Source: Octopus sinensis (lineage: Eukaryota). Taken from it: a DNA stretch of 64,000 nucleotides. Location: the NCBI RefSeq assembly GCF_006345805.1, contig NC_043002.1, forward strand, positions 115,754,001 to 115,818,000. The letters are read 5' to 3'. A program made the translations under genes and the position numbers. Below are positions 36,401 to 51,400 of this stretch, piece after piece (position 1 is the stretch's first letter; the number at the start of each line of letters is the position of its first letter). The notes beneath the pieces were generated by a model. It did not search any database. It was not told the origin of the DNA and worked only from the letters and a program-made list of their open reading frames with translations.

Positions 36401-39400
36401 AAAATTTGCTAATGTTCTGGGTTATGAGGACAAAGACATGAAGTGTTTTGTGTTGCAAGACAGTGTGTGAGAGAGAATCGTGATGTCATAGGAGAGAAAT
36501 GTGTCCACATGGATGATGAATCACTTGCATTTAATGAGGCTTCAAGGAGAGACTTGGTGACGCCACTATGAAAGGTTGCTAAATGAAGAGAATGAATGGG
36601 CGAGAGTCTACTGAATCTCAACCCAACAGAGGGACCAGCTATCCGAATTGACAGTACCTTGGTAGATAAAGCAATTAAGGGTGTAAAGACAGGGAAAGTC
36701 CCCAGCTCATCATTGACTATATGGGTGACTAGATTATAGACTAGTCACCTGTATAGTCAATAAGGTGATACATGAAGGAGTCATACCCAATGACTGGTGT
36801 AGCAGCACCATAGTCAACTGCTACAAAGGTGATGCATTAGATACAAATAATTACAAAGGTATCAAGTTGTTAGATCAGGTAATGAAAGTCACAGAGAGGG
36901 TCATAGCCCAACTAATTAGGGAGGGAGTCAGTCTGGACGAGATGCAGTTTGGCTTTGTGTCAGGGAAAAGCGCCACTGGTGCTATATTTTTGGTAAGACA
37001 GCTGCAGGAGAAACCTCTGTACCTGGCTTTCATTGACATGTAGAACACCTTTTACAGGGTCCCCCAATCCCTTATATAGTGGTCAATGCGGAAACTAGGG
37101 ATAGATGAGTGGTTAGTGAGAGCTGTACAAGCCATATACAGGGATGCTGTCAGCAAGGTGAGGGTTGGCAACGAGTACAGTGAAGAATTCCAGGTAGGGG
37201 TCCAAAGATCAGTCTTCAGCCCCCTCTTATTCATCATAGTCCTCTAGAGGAATTCAAGACAGCATGCCCCTGGGAGTTTCTCTATGCTGATGACCTTGCT
37301 CTAATAGCTGAGTCACTACCAGAACTAGAGGAGAAGTTTCAGGTGTGGAAGCAAGGTCTAGAATCAAAGGGCTTAAGAGTCAATCTAGCAAAGATCAAAG
37401 TTTTAATAAGTAGGAAGGCAGACAAACCACAAATCCCTTCAAGTTGATGGCCCTGCTTGATCTGTAGGAAAGGGGTAGGTAGAAACTCCACAAGATGTAC
37501 CTGGTGTAAGCTATGGACACATAAGAGGTGCACCAATATCAAAGGAGGGCTAACTGAGAAGATAGTTTTTGTGTGTGACAAATTCTCAGGGGCAGTAAAC
37601 ACTGAAAATGTGCAGAAAACAACTTCCGTCATATTCCAGGGGAAAAACTAGAAGTAGTTGATAGCTTCCATTACCTAGGTGACCAAGTCAGTAGCAGGGA
37701 TGGCTGTTCTGAGAGCATAGTTGCTAGAATAAGAATAGCCTGGGCAAAGTCCAGAGAGCTCCTCTTTCTGCTGGTGACAAAGGGCCTCTCACTTGGAGTA
37801 AAAGGTAGACTATGACGCATATGTGCGAACAGCCATGCTATATGACAATGAAACATGGGCCATGACTGCTGAGGACATGCATAAGCTTGCAAGGAATGAA
37901 GCTAGTATGCTCAGCTGGATGTGTAATGTCAGTGCGCATACATGACAGAGTGTAAGCACCTTGAGAGAAAAGTTGGACATAAGAAGCATCAGATGTGGTG
38001 TGCAAGAGAGACAACTGCGCTGGTATGCGTATGGATGAGGACAGCTGTTGAAAAAGCATCAAACCCTAGCAGTAGAAGGAACTTGTGGAAGAGGTAGACC
38101 CAGGAAGACCTGGGATGAGGTGTTGAAGCATGACCTTCAAACACTGAGCCTCACCAAGGCAATGACAAGTGACTGAGACCTTTGGAAATATGCTGTGCTT
38201 GAGAAGACCTGGCAAGCCAAATGAGATCATAACCGTGGCCTATGCCAGTGTAGCATAACAAGCTCATTTAAGAGTACCCTTCAATCATTGGGCAATAAAC
38301 TGCGCTTGCGAAGACCTGTTGAGGCAAGTGAAGTGATGACAATACCACCTGATTGGCATGTAAAAAGCACCATTCAAGCATGGTCGATGACTGTACCGCC
38401 TGACTGGTCCCATGCTGGTGGCATGTAAAAAGCAACATTCATGTGTGGTTATTACCAGTACCGCCTGACTGGCTCCAGTGCTGGTGGCATGTAAAAAGCA
38501 CCATTCAAGCATCGCCAATGCCAGTAACATCTGACTGGCTCCTGTGCTGGTGACACATAAAAAGCAGCCACTACACTCTCAGAGTGGTTGGCGTTAGGAA
38601 GAGCATCCAGGTGTAGAAACATTGCAAGATCAGATTGGAGACTAGTGTAGCCTTCTGGCTTGCCAGCCCTCAGTCAAACCATCCAACCCATGACAACATG
38701 AAAAGCAGACATTAAATGATGATGATGATGATGAGATTGAGGACTGAGCCTTGATGAACTCCAACCATCATCATCATTTAACATCCATTTTTGCTAAATT
38801 CACTGAAATCTTTGTTGACTCACTCTACTTACTGCATCTTTGTACATGGCTTGTACAACTCTTACAAGCCATTTGTCAATGCCTAGTTTCCTTAGTGACC
38901 ACCAAATTACCATACATAGTGTCCTGTCAAAGGGCTTCTCCAAGTCAACAAATGCCAGGAGTAATGGTTTATTCGTAGCTTGGTGTTTCTCCTGCATCGT
39001 CTGGACGACTCCCTCTGATCCCTTCATAACCTGACCCATTAATTAGATTCTTCTATAGCTGCTTCTCACTAAGGCATCTCCTCTGCCTTTGCAGTAGTTT
39101 ACAATGATACTGTGATGCCAGTCATCAGGTATGACTCTTTCTCGTATAACTTAACTATCTGGGTGATAATTATGTGCCTCTACCTCACCAGATATTTTGA
39201 GCATCTCCATAACCCTCCCAAATGGACCTGCAACTATCCCTCTAATATATCCTTGATGGTTTTATTTACCACACTGCTGTGAACGTGAATTGCTGGTTGT
39301 TCTGCAGAGTCAGCAAGAGGTAGCCCTACTTTATCCTATACATTCTCCACATTCAGTAGCCTCTCATAATAGCATTCCATTTCACTTCTTTTTTCTTCTA

Positions 39401-42400
39401 CATCCATGGCAAGTATACCTTTATCCTTCTAAATATGACATCTTAAATCTCTATCACAAACTGTCTTGTAATCCTGATGTGCAAATTTCTTCCTCTTTGC
39501 CTCACCCTTAGCCAAGCATACCTATCACCTAGCAGCCCATCTAGTGATTTGATAATGCTGACACCTTTCTTTCAGGCTTTCCAAGTCTGTCACATAGCCT
39601 CTACTGCCCTACCAACTGCATCATTTCACCACCTTTGCCCCAGTCACATGTCTGATTTGTAGCCCTAAGCATGTTATTTTGCAGAAGTTCCAGATTTCCA
39701 TCTGTACTACAAGGTCTTCCTTTCTATTGCCAAAATCTGTTCCCATTTACAAGAGCTTTTAGTTTCCATATCTTCCTTTCCTATGTCACATTTTGTTTCT
39801 GTGTCAGCCTAGCTCTGACTCTGAAGTCACTAGCCACTAATCTATGTTGTATGGTGCTTTCTTTGCCAAAAAAAGGCTTTATATTTACAGTAACTCCTCT
39901 GTCTATTTTCTTGGTGAGAATGTAATCTATCTGATTAATGTGTATGTCAGATTGATAGGTGATGGAGTGGTTAGCCAATTTCCTAGTGGTGCATGTTGCA
40001 AATTGTTAGATCAGTTGCATCATAGAACTTCAGGAGCTGTACACCTTCCTCATTTCTTGCACCATAGCCATAGCCTCCATGTATGTCATGAAAATCATTA
40101 TCATATTGGCCAACATGACCACCGAAGTTGTCAGTCACAATGATGAAGTAACTGTCAAACAGAATTGAATTAGTCTGCAAAAGGGTTTCATAAAAGTAGC
40201 CCATCTGTTCTTCGGTGCATCTTTCCTGTGAGGCATATGCAGAGACAACCATCACTTTTGAGTTGCCTTTAATTTGTCTCTTAATTATCCAATTGCATAC
40301 CCTGGCTACCTGAAATACATTTTTTATCCTTTTCTCAGCTAACAGTATGCCTACTCTACCCCGGCTGTTGCTGTTACCCACAAGAATTTATATTGCTGTT
40401 TTGTGCTTGTGAGGAGTTTGGTAAAGGATCAGTTCCACCTTACCTCTTGCACACATCACATATCCATTCATCTCTACTCTAGCATCTTCACAATTTCACC
40501 AGACCTTGTGTACATGTGTGTGTTTGTATGTGTGTAAATATATATATGACTTTACACACTCATGTGTATTTATGAGTAATTCTACTGAAGTAGAAAGGTG
40601 AGCATAATAAATTAGATCTAGATCAATAGTATAATACAATTTTGCAAACTGTTTGCACCAAAAGATCTTTTAAGGAAATTTCTTTATTGCAATGAACAGG
40701 TAAGATGCAGTCAAGAATAACAGTATGCACTACATCAAAATCAGTGCTCTACTCAACTTTTTGTCTTTTTTCATAACTTAGTCTGTGCCCATGGTTTTAA
40801 GAGCTTTTGTAACTGGTGGCAGGAAGGGAAGAAGTTATACCCACACCAGAAGGCTAACCTGAACGCTTTCAAGAGTGGACCTCCTGTAAAGGTACACAAA
40901 AGCCAAGTGGTGGTATTAAACTTGGTGTTGGATTAAGTCTTTTATCACAAATTAGGACAGGCTTACTAACTTCCAGTTTCTGTTGACCAAATTTCACTCA
41001 TAAAGCATTGGTTGACCTGAGGTTATGGTAGAAAACACTCAAGACATTCCGCATTGGGACTGAACATGGAACCACACTGCCATGAAGAGAACTTCAGCAC
41101 TACAGAGCCAAGCTTGCCTGAAACCATTCATGAGATACTTTCTTACTCTATAATTGAATTGTTAGCAATAAGACAAGCATGCAACTTTAAATCATTTGCT
41201 CCAACAAAAAAAAAAGTTCCAACTATGATTGAATAGAAGAACAAAGCTATTGAAAAATATGACACCCAAGTTATAAACATGCTTGTAAGTACCAAACTGC
41301 TCACACTGGAAACCTATATTCCAATAGTGTTGAAGTAATTCCAAATACTGATGTAAAACACGATGTAACTTTGACATATTTTACCATGATTTAAATGCTT
41401 AGCAAAGGTGAGATCAAATAATTTTATATATTTTCATACAAGTTCATATAATCATTTTTTGAGAAACAGAAGAAAAATCATTAAATTTTAAGAGAATTAC
41501 TTACCCATTTCAGCACCTGAAAAATAAATTTAGAAGTTTTAAATATTTGATAATTTTTGCTTTAATATTTTTATTTTTGGTTATATTTTAAGAAAAAATT
41601 GTTAGTAATAAAAATATTGAATCACAAAAAGTTAAATTACATTATTACACTATCCATGAATATATTTTATATTAAAATCATAAAATCATTAAAGCTTTTA
41701 CTCCACCTGAAACAAAACAAATTCAATGTGAATAAACACTAAAATAAAGTTGCTTTAATTTCAATTCATAGAAGCCACTGAAAAGTAAATATTACACAAA
41801 TGTAACAATAAACATTACTGAATGAAAGAGTGGCTCAAAATATGGATCTATCATGCCTGTCTCTCTACAAGTTCCTCTTCCCAACAGCTTAATATTTAAT
41901 TAGTGAGCTTGACCTAACTGAACCACAAATCTTTAAAAAATTACAAAATCTTGCAATTTTGCTTACACAAGCTTTTAAAATCTCATAAAAAAAAAAAAAG
42001 AATACAAGTTATTCTTCCCAATCTGAAATAATTTTGAAATCTTAGTACCCAAAAGAACTTTTAGTCATCAGAGACTGCTATTAACCATTTACTATTTAGG
42101 TTACTGTTAAATGTAATACTTATTCACCTTGTTTTGAAGTAATCATCCTTTGAGATTTCAATGATGTGACTGTTTTATTTCTATAATGACATTGTAGAGT
42201 AGGTGTGAGGAGTCAGATCTGGCAAGTATGAACATAAAACAGGTAGAATATTTGGGTTGACAGAATCATCACCTGCTGATGGCTATTATCTAAGACATAT
42301 ATCAGAATATCAAAAAACTAAACTATTTGACAAAAGAGCTAACCAAGCTTTTCTAAAAGCAAATAAACTGACATCAGCTGACATAAATCAATCAACCTTT

Positions 42401-45400
42401 CAAAACAAAACGCTATCACACTAAATTAGTTATAAACTTCAAAGGTGAGTGAGGAAAGAGAAAGTCACACTTCTCAAATTATCTCATAATGAGGAAATAC
42501 ATGTTGAAATATCATCAAAATGCATCAGAATACAATTGTAGAAATGGTCTAGAAATAATACACTGACAAACTAAGACCTTGCCATAACATCTTTCAGTCG
42601 AAATTCAACAGCATAACACGGAATACACATACTTACATATCTACAAGATGACTGACTATAAATCAAATAACCAATACTATATGCAAATCCCATGAGAAAG
42701 CTGAGAATATTCAGTACAATGAACTTGGCATGACAAAGGTTTCTGCTGGATGAGTGCCATGTCTTCCGACACCTGATCAAAAGCACAGCAGGTTGATCAC
42801 ATCATGGGAAGACCTGACATTGTTTCAGGCAGATCCAGCTGGTTTCCTTGAATGTTTCTTAACACACAGGATGAGTGTTGGGTTCATCACTTTGAGCCAG
42901 AGACAAAGAGACAATCCATACAATGGAAACATCACCTCCTCACCTGTTCCAAAGAAGGCCAATATTGTTTCATCTGCAGGGAAGGTTCATGGCCTCAGTT
43001 TTTTGGGATGCAAGTGGCATTGTGTTTACTGATTATCTTCAGAAGGGCTACACTATCAATGGGGAGTACTATACCAACTTGCTGAGACAGTTACAAAAGG
43101 AAATCAAAACCATCTGCCCAGGAAAACTGACAAAAGGTGTCTTTGTTTCATCACACAAGCCCTTCGTTTCAATGGCAGTTGTGTGTGACTGGCTTTGAAC
43201 TGGTTGCTCACCCTTCTGATGTGGCCTCATCTGACTATCATCTGTTCCCCAACATGAAAAAATACTTGGCTTGGAATCAACAGGATGAAAGCTTCTTCAC
43301 CAATGGAATCCAAGCAAAACTGATAGAAGTATGTGGACTGCAAGAAAGACAACATTGAAAAGTAAACTTCATCTAGTCACATTCCATGAGAGTATTTTGA
43401 TCAGGCTATGAACTTTTTAGCCAAGCCTCATATCATTTGTAATCTAAAATATTTCAGGAACAAGAAACAAAAAAAAAAGAGTATAACAAACAAACAGAAG
43501 AAAAGTATTTTTAGTATGGATGTTGCATGTTTAAATAGTAAATTGACTAAAACTATTAAGACATCAATTAAAATGCTAATTAAATCTTGTGGTCCTGCAC
43601 CACAGGTAACAACAGCTGTTGCTGAATCCAGAACCACATGTAACCATATTTCAGTGTTGTTGTTTGGGGCCAAAAGACAAACTAAGCTATCTTGTGTGTG
43701 TGTGTGTGAAACAAAGTTTAGCATCACTGTTTAAATAGCTGATGTAGTATTGATTAATTTGTGGTATTCTACTCACTTGAGTAGAGATTATTTTCCCCTA
43801 TTATTAAGGCAATGAGCTGGCAGAATTCTTAGCACACCAGACAAAATACTTAGAGGCATTCCTTCTGGTTTTATGCTTTGAGATCAAATTTCACCAACAT
43901 CAACTTTGCCTTTCATGCTTTCAGGGTTGATAGTACCAGTTGAGCATTGGCGATCTGTGTAATCGACTAGCCATTCCATATGCAATGCATTACCAATATT
44001 GTATTGAGTATCTGATTGATTTGACTAATGTGTATGAACTAAGTGTACAGTCTGTAAGCATCATTATGGATATGTATACAAATACAAATGAAATGTGTGT
44101 TTTTGTCAACAAGTAGGTGTCACTGATGTTCTTTAACTCAGTCATATGTTAATAGCTATATTCAAAGTTTAGCCTGTGTTTGAAATTTGATAAATATATT
44201 CTCTGTGTGTATATTTTTGTGCTGGCAGTACTATCTGCTTGGAGTATATATGGCTGTGTGACACAAAGTTTATATCAAAAATTCACTGGATGCTTTAAAC
44301 CTTATAGTGACATATTTGGGGTCATTTGTCAGCCCTAATTACTACAATTAAGTTGCAGATTGACTGTTCCTGGTTTTCTCACTAATTGTATCTGTATAAT
44401 GTTATCGCTGCATCCTATCTCTATATATATAAACGGCAAAATGTCTGTGTGTGTGTCCTTTATACAAATCCACAATTTTTCAGTTAGAGGGCTCGCACTT
44501 TCTATGGTCATTCAAAACCATCCAAGGGTGGTCGTGCACATCTTTACATTTCCCCAGTCACCCCGCAAAGCCATTAAAAAATCAATAGAAGTGACTTTTT
44601 TGTGAATTTTCTATCCAAAACCCAATCAAAATGCCTGAAACTTGATACGCCAATTGAATGCCAGCTAGCTGTATGTGAGTGGGTGGAGATTTGGACAGTA
44701 CTCGCGTGTATGTACGCACGCACGCAGCTGCATATGCATACACTAGTCATAGTGCTAGTCTACAATATATCTCTACACCCACAGCACCAACAAGCCTTTG
44801 GTTTTATTTTATTTTTAGTTTTTATTTAAATTTTTTTTATATATTTTATTCTTTACCATTTGATTGAAACCTTTTTTTAGAGGAACATTATTTTCCTTAT
44901 CTTGTACTTGCATTTTTATTTTTACTTTTGTTCTTGATTTCTGCATCTTTCAAATTCATCTTTTATCTTTAAATCGTTTTAGTCATTGGACAGCAGCCAT
45001 GTGGGACACTGCATTGAAGGGTTTGATCAAGCAAATCAACTCCAGTACTTAATTTTGTTTTGTTTTTTTTCAAGTTTGGAACTTATTCTATCAGTTTTTT
45101 CTGCTATGTAACAGGGACTAATACTGTGGGACAAACAAAAATACAAAGACAACGACACAGACACACTTATCAGACAAAGACACAGACACACGTGTGTGTT
45201 TGTGTCTGATAAGTTTCTTTCAGTTTCCATCTTCAAAATCTACTCACAAGGCTTTGGTCAGCCCAGGGCTATAGTAGCAGACACTTACCAAAGGTAACCC
45301 CCAGTGGGACAGAACCCAGGATCATATGGTTGGTAAGCAAGCTTCTCAATCATACAGCCATGCCTATATTGCTTTAACTTTTGGATTTTTAGCTCTAATC

Positions 45401-48400
45401 ACTCCAACTATTCTTATGCTCTACAAATTATTTATATTTGTATCTTTACTTATACATTGAGCTTGATTCTAGGGTGTATAAGGGCCATATATTCAACCTG
45501 GGATTATATTTGGAAATTTTTCTTTCTCTATTATTAATTTTACTCACGTCTTAGTAGAAACTGATGGATAAAGAAATCAAACTACATAAACAAATGGCAG
45601 CAAAACTGTTCAGAAATTAAATAACACTAACATATTCAGGAAAAATAATGAATTTATTCTCACCAATTTTTAGTTTTACCAATTTGAATATATCACTCCT
45701 GTTCAAAACCTCTCACCTACATGACAATTGCATTTCTAGTTCTGCCTTGAAGGAAGCTTTACTTCTTGGATTCAAGTTTTTGTGTGCAACAATGTTGTTA
45801 AAACTCCCTTAACAGCACTGTATACAGGTCCTTTCCATTTTCTTTCATGAACAGATAAATTTTTTACTATAGACCTTTAAGGTAGTAAAGACACTATATC
45901 AGTGAATAGACTAAAAAAGGACTTCGTAGAGAAAACTGTCCCTGTTCCCACTGCAGACAACACACACACACACACACAGAATTACAAACACAGCCCACAC
46001 ACCCACCTTCACATTCCATGACTACCATTGGGATCAATCAGGTACTGGACAAGGATTCTGGATTATTTTTCTGTTTTTTGAGAGCAGTTGGGTTTATCTT
46101 TAGTATTCTCGTATGTGAGAGCAGTCAAGTTTATTTCAGATATTCTTATTTTAAAAATCATCTCCAGCTAATTGTTGAGAGGACATTGGTGTTGCCTTGG
46201 CAGAGGTTTGCACTCTCTGAATGCTCTTATTATTATCATTAGTATTACATAAAGGCAGCAAGCAGGCAGAATCGTTAGAACGCTGGTTAAAATGCTTAGC
46301 AGTATTTTGCCCATCGATATATTCTGAGTTCAAATTCCACCGAGGTTGACTCTGCCTTTCATCCTTTCTGGATCAATTAAATAAGTACCAGTTATGCACT
46401 GGGGTCGATGTAACCAACTTAATCCGCTCCCACAAGCTGCCCTTGTGGCAAAACTTTGAAATGATTATTATTATTATACATAATATTATAATCTTATGAC
46501 AGCCAGTGAATGTTACCAAATGGTTTGTTTTATGCCAGAACCCTTCCAGCAATAGAGAAATAAAATTAACAATCATTGGACATGACTGAATGGAAAAGTA
46601 TGGCTTGGTTCTTTGCTATTGGAGACCTTAAAACACATCCAGCCCTTGGATCTCAGAGGTGTACAAGTTCCAAACACAAAACATGGTTGAAAGAATACAA
46701 CCAAAACAGAAAACACAAAAGGCCATGTTGAGTGTGTGACCATTTGCTCATTTTGAAAATGTTAAGGCCCTATGTGGATCAAAGCTAGTTGAGGGGAATT
46801 TCTTACTAACTATATCAAGAATAAAAAGGCCTTATGGTCACATACATCAGCATTGTCAAATGCTCCTATCACTACATAGAAGAAGCTGTCTGGGTGAGTC
46901 CACTTTACTTAGACCAAACCCTTTTCAAATAGCAGAGTTTTCCTGGTGTGCATGATGATGTCAACACCACTGTCACAAATTTTAGTACAACTCCTAGCAA
47001 AGTTAAGTGCACTATATAACAAATTGAGAGGGATAAATGGTCACACATTCTATAAGCTTAGGAAGGGATTAACTTATGCCCTTAATTCCCTTGGAGTCAA
47101 GTCACAACAGAGACCAACTTGAAAATACTTAATTCCCTTGGGGTCAAGTCACAACAGAGACCAACTTGAAAATACTTAATTCCCTTGGGGTCAAGTCACA
47201 ACAGAGACCAACTTGAAAATACTTAATTCCCTTGGGGTCAAGTCACAGCAGAGACCAACTTGAAAATACTTGATTGCCTGGAAGTAAACTTGGATTCAAA
47301 TACAAGTACCTATAAACTTTTCCAGTAACCAAATGAGAAGGTGACAAATATTAACACAGATACTTGCCATCCAGCCATGTAAGCACATGAATCTCTAACT
47401 TATCTTCAAATAAGGAAACCTTTAATGCCACAGCCCTATATTATAACAAGGCTGCTAGTGATTTCAAAGAAGGATTGATTATATATCCAACCATAACCCC
47501 ACCAAAACAAAACACTACCATAAGGTCACATGGTTTTCACCTCCATTTTCTCTTAATGTTAAAACTTGTCTAGGTAGGATTTACCTTAATCTAGTGTATA
47601 AACATTTTCGACAGGCACATAGGTACACAAAAATTTTCAATAGGCATATTTTGAGGTCTTTCAGATGCACAACTAGCATAAAGAAAATTCTAGTAAATAG
47701 ATGCAAACAGTGCTGAGGTAGGCTTCTCATGTAGAGATAATGCCACATGCCTGCTAAATAGTCAATGCAGTACAGAAACAATCATTCGTGAGGTGGAAAT
47801 AATCTCAAATGATCCCAATGGGGCAACAAATGTGTAGAAATATGCTGGTGCTGTGAACAGCCTCTCAAGATCAGGCTCAACAACCCAAGTCCTCATTTAA
47901 TATCCAGGGGAGATGTAATGTCACAAGATTAGCAAGACATAGATGGATACTGAGAGAAAATGCTGCATAATATAACATGAAGTAGAGACTGCTAGAAAAA
48001 GGCAGGCTTTACCTCAACAGCAATAGGAGGAGCAGATTTTGTTAGGTATTATCTCCCTCTAGCTACACAACAATGTTATTTAGTTGCAATCACTGTTACT
48101 ATGTAAAATATTCACCTTGTTATATCTATGTAAATAGGTATCTGCATATAACTTGCATTATATAAAAATTCACTACAATGACTGTTGCCAAAACACAGAA
48201 GTACTTGTGTAAATACAAAAACAAACAAAAAATGTGACAATCTAGTTACGCTGGAGTTTCACTGAATGATTGACTGAAATGAGTGATTGACTGATAAGAC
48301 ATCCACTGGGTGGATAAATGGACAAGTGGGTGGATATATTTGACAGACAGATAATGTATGAGTTTATATTTATTGTTTATATTAAATGTATACATATTTA

Positions 48401-51400
48401 GCCCCTGATCAGACAAGATCAAGTGGATACATGATCAAAAATGTTTTAACCATGACCATCTCATTTTTCTTCTTCTTTTTGAGACAATATCTCAAATACT
48501 ACACTGAGTGTTAATATTTGGATATTTGGACACATGCAGCAAACATTTACATAACCCTTTCAACAACTCACTCTCTTTTCCTATCAAGTATAAAACTTCC
48601 AGAGCTGCCAAAATTAATGTAGGTACAATGGAAGGTAGGTCTGGAGTGATTGTTAAATGCTGGAGCTGAGACATATAGACACCATATGAATAAGGGTATA
48701 AATTTTTCTGGGCAGGCAGTATGTGAGTGGAGTAGGCATACTACTGACAGAGAAACTGCTAAAGTGATTGAGATAGAGTATGGAGTGGGATAATTAAACT
48801 TAGAGTAGCTTTAATTAATGCCACAGCAACATTTATCTTTGCATATGCTCTACAATCTGAGTTGGAAAATGGACAGAAGGACCAATCCCATGAGACCCTC
48901 TTGCAGACTACGTTGATGATGAATATCATGACTGGGTACATGGAGGTTACAGCAATTAGTTCATGGAATGAAGAGAGAAGAAGGTTGCTGGAGGGCTGAA
49001 ACACTAATGATCTCATAACCATCGGGCTACCTGATGACCTATCAATCTGGGGAACACAAGCCAGATAGACTTCAGACTCTCCAGAAAATAAGATAGACAA
49101 ATAAATGTAAATGTTAAGTCCTTCCTAACACAGGTCAGTGGTTAGTGACTTCAAATTTAGAACTAAACAAACTCAGAGACACAAATCAATTTGGTAAAAA
49201 GTATGGAAGCTTAAAGTTCCATTGAACAGTTAGGAATTTTGAAAAGAACTAATTGAAATATTTGATAATAGGAAGGCAGAGATAAAGACTTGAGCATAGA
49301 AAGACAACAATTATTTCCTACAGCATGGACCTGTTCAGAGTTACAGACCAAGCTTGTAGCTGGGACAAACAAAGCTATAACAGCAAAGAGACAGACTTAG
49401 AAAGGCTTGAAGAAAAGCCAGAAGGGAAATATACCAGGTAGCTAGAAGGGGAACTAGGTAACAGGTATACATAACAATGGGAAAAGCTGAATATAAGAGA
49501 TTTGCCAATGTTCTACCAAATGAAGATCATAGGTGTGAGGCATTTTGGATTGCATGGCAGTGTACTAGACAAAACCAAAACATTGTGGATGAGAAGTGGG
49601 TACCAAATGCTATTTAAAAAAAGGCTACTAAATGTGAAGAATGCATGAGAGAAACTGTCTTCTCAGCATAGACCCAGGAGATAGCAGCATGAGAAAAAAA
49701 TGGAAGGATATGAAGTTGGTCCATCAGGAACTACTGCTGAAATACTCAAAATATCTGGCAGAGTAGTACCGAAGAGCATGAGAGAAAAAATGTCTTCCCA
49801 GCATAGAGCCAAGAGAGGAACCAACCATTCTAATAGACAGCAGTGAGAAAAAAAAGGATGGGTATGAAGTTGGCCAATCAGGAACTACTGCTGAAATACT
49901 CAAAATATCTGGCAGAGTAGTGCCCTATACAGTTAATCAGACTGTGCAGGAAGGTGTCTTACCTAATGACTGGCACAGTAGCATCATATTCAGCTGTTAC
50001 AAGGATAAAGGCAATACCGTAGAAAGAGATAATTACAGAGGTACCAAATTGCTGAACCAGATCATGAAATTTATGGGAAGAGTTAGCCTAGATGAGATGC
50101 AGTTCAGTTTGTGCCAGGAAGAAGTATTACTGATGCCATCTTCCTAATGACCTGAATCTGTAATAAGATCAGAGAAATGCCAGTTGTGGAAGAAAAACCT
50201 GGAATCAAAGGGTCTCAAAGTTAACTTACCAAAGACTGTATTACTAAGTAGGAAAATAGACAGGACTCTGCTTCCAGCAGGGAAATGGCATTGCTCAATA
50301 CGTAGAAAATGAATAGAAAGAAATTCCATATGATGAACCCAGTGCAAACTATGGACACACAAGAAGTACAGTGGAAGTATAGGTAGGTTGATAGAGAAAG
50401 TAAACTTTGTATGTAGTAGATACTGAGGAACAATAAGCATTAATAGTGATTGGCTATTAGATATTCTTAAATGTACAAGGGAATTCCTGAAAATAGTAGA
50501 TTAGCTTCTGTTACCTAAGTGATCTAAGTGACAGTGATGTTCTGAAAGTATAGTAGCTAGAGTAAGAACAGGTTAAAGAAAGTTCAGAGAGCTACTACTA
50601 TTGCTGGTAACAAAAGATCTCTCCCTCTCTCTCAGAGCAAAAAGCAGACTGCATGATGCTTGGGTACAAAATGCAATGCTACATGGTAGTGAGAGATGAG
50701 CACCGAATGCCAAGAACCTGCAAAAACTAGAAAGAAAAGAAGCATCTTCTGCTGGGTGTGCAATGTCAGTGTTCATGAATGACAAATTACAAATGTTTAT
50801 AAGGGGAATCAAATGCAGTGTGCAAGAGAGAAGACTGCATTGGTATGGGCAATATGATGCATACAGATGAGCACAACTATATAAAGAGGTGATAATTTGC
50901 AGTGGCTGGGACCAGAAAAATACAGGACAATGTGAAGACTGATCTATGTTAGGATAGTGAGCCTATCAGAGATAATTGAAGATGCACATTACTTGAGAAA
51001 ACCTAGTAACTTATGCAACAAGCATGGTGAAACTGATGCTAAAATGAGTGGGAGGAGTTAGAGATGGAGGCTGGATGCTTAATGTATATGCACATATCTG
51101 GGTCGCTATAAGTTTACATCTGCTGTATTCACCTCATCCCACTGTCCCTCTCCTGTTGTAATTAATGATAGCAGAGCCCATTACTACAAATATTGATTTC
51201 AAATTTTGGCACAAGGCCAGCAATTTTGGGAGAGGGGATAAGTCAATTACATCAACACTTCCCCAGTGTTCAACTGATACTTATTTTATCAACCCCAAAA
51301 GGATGAAAGGCAAAATCAACCTTGCCAGAATTTGAACTCACAATGTCAAGATGGATGAAATGCCCAATTACTACATATATTATCACCCTTTCTGTTCTGC

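Noticed and set aside
47081-47268. Regular repeats resembling a CRISPR array
   Set aside because: Units are contiguous with no unique spacers, there are no cas genes, and the context is eukaryotic; the same applies to 58930-59620.
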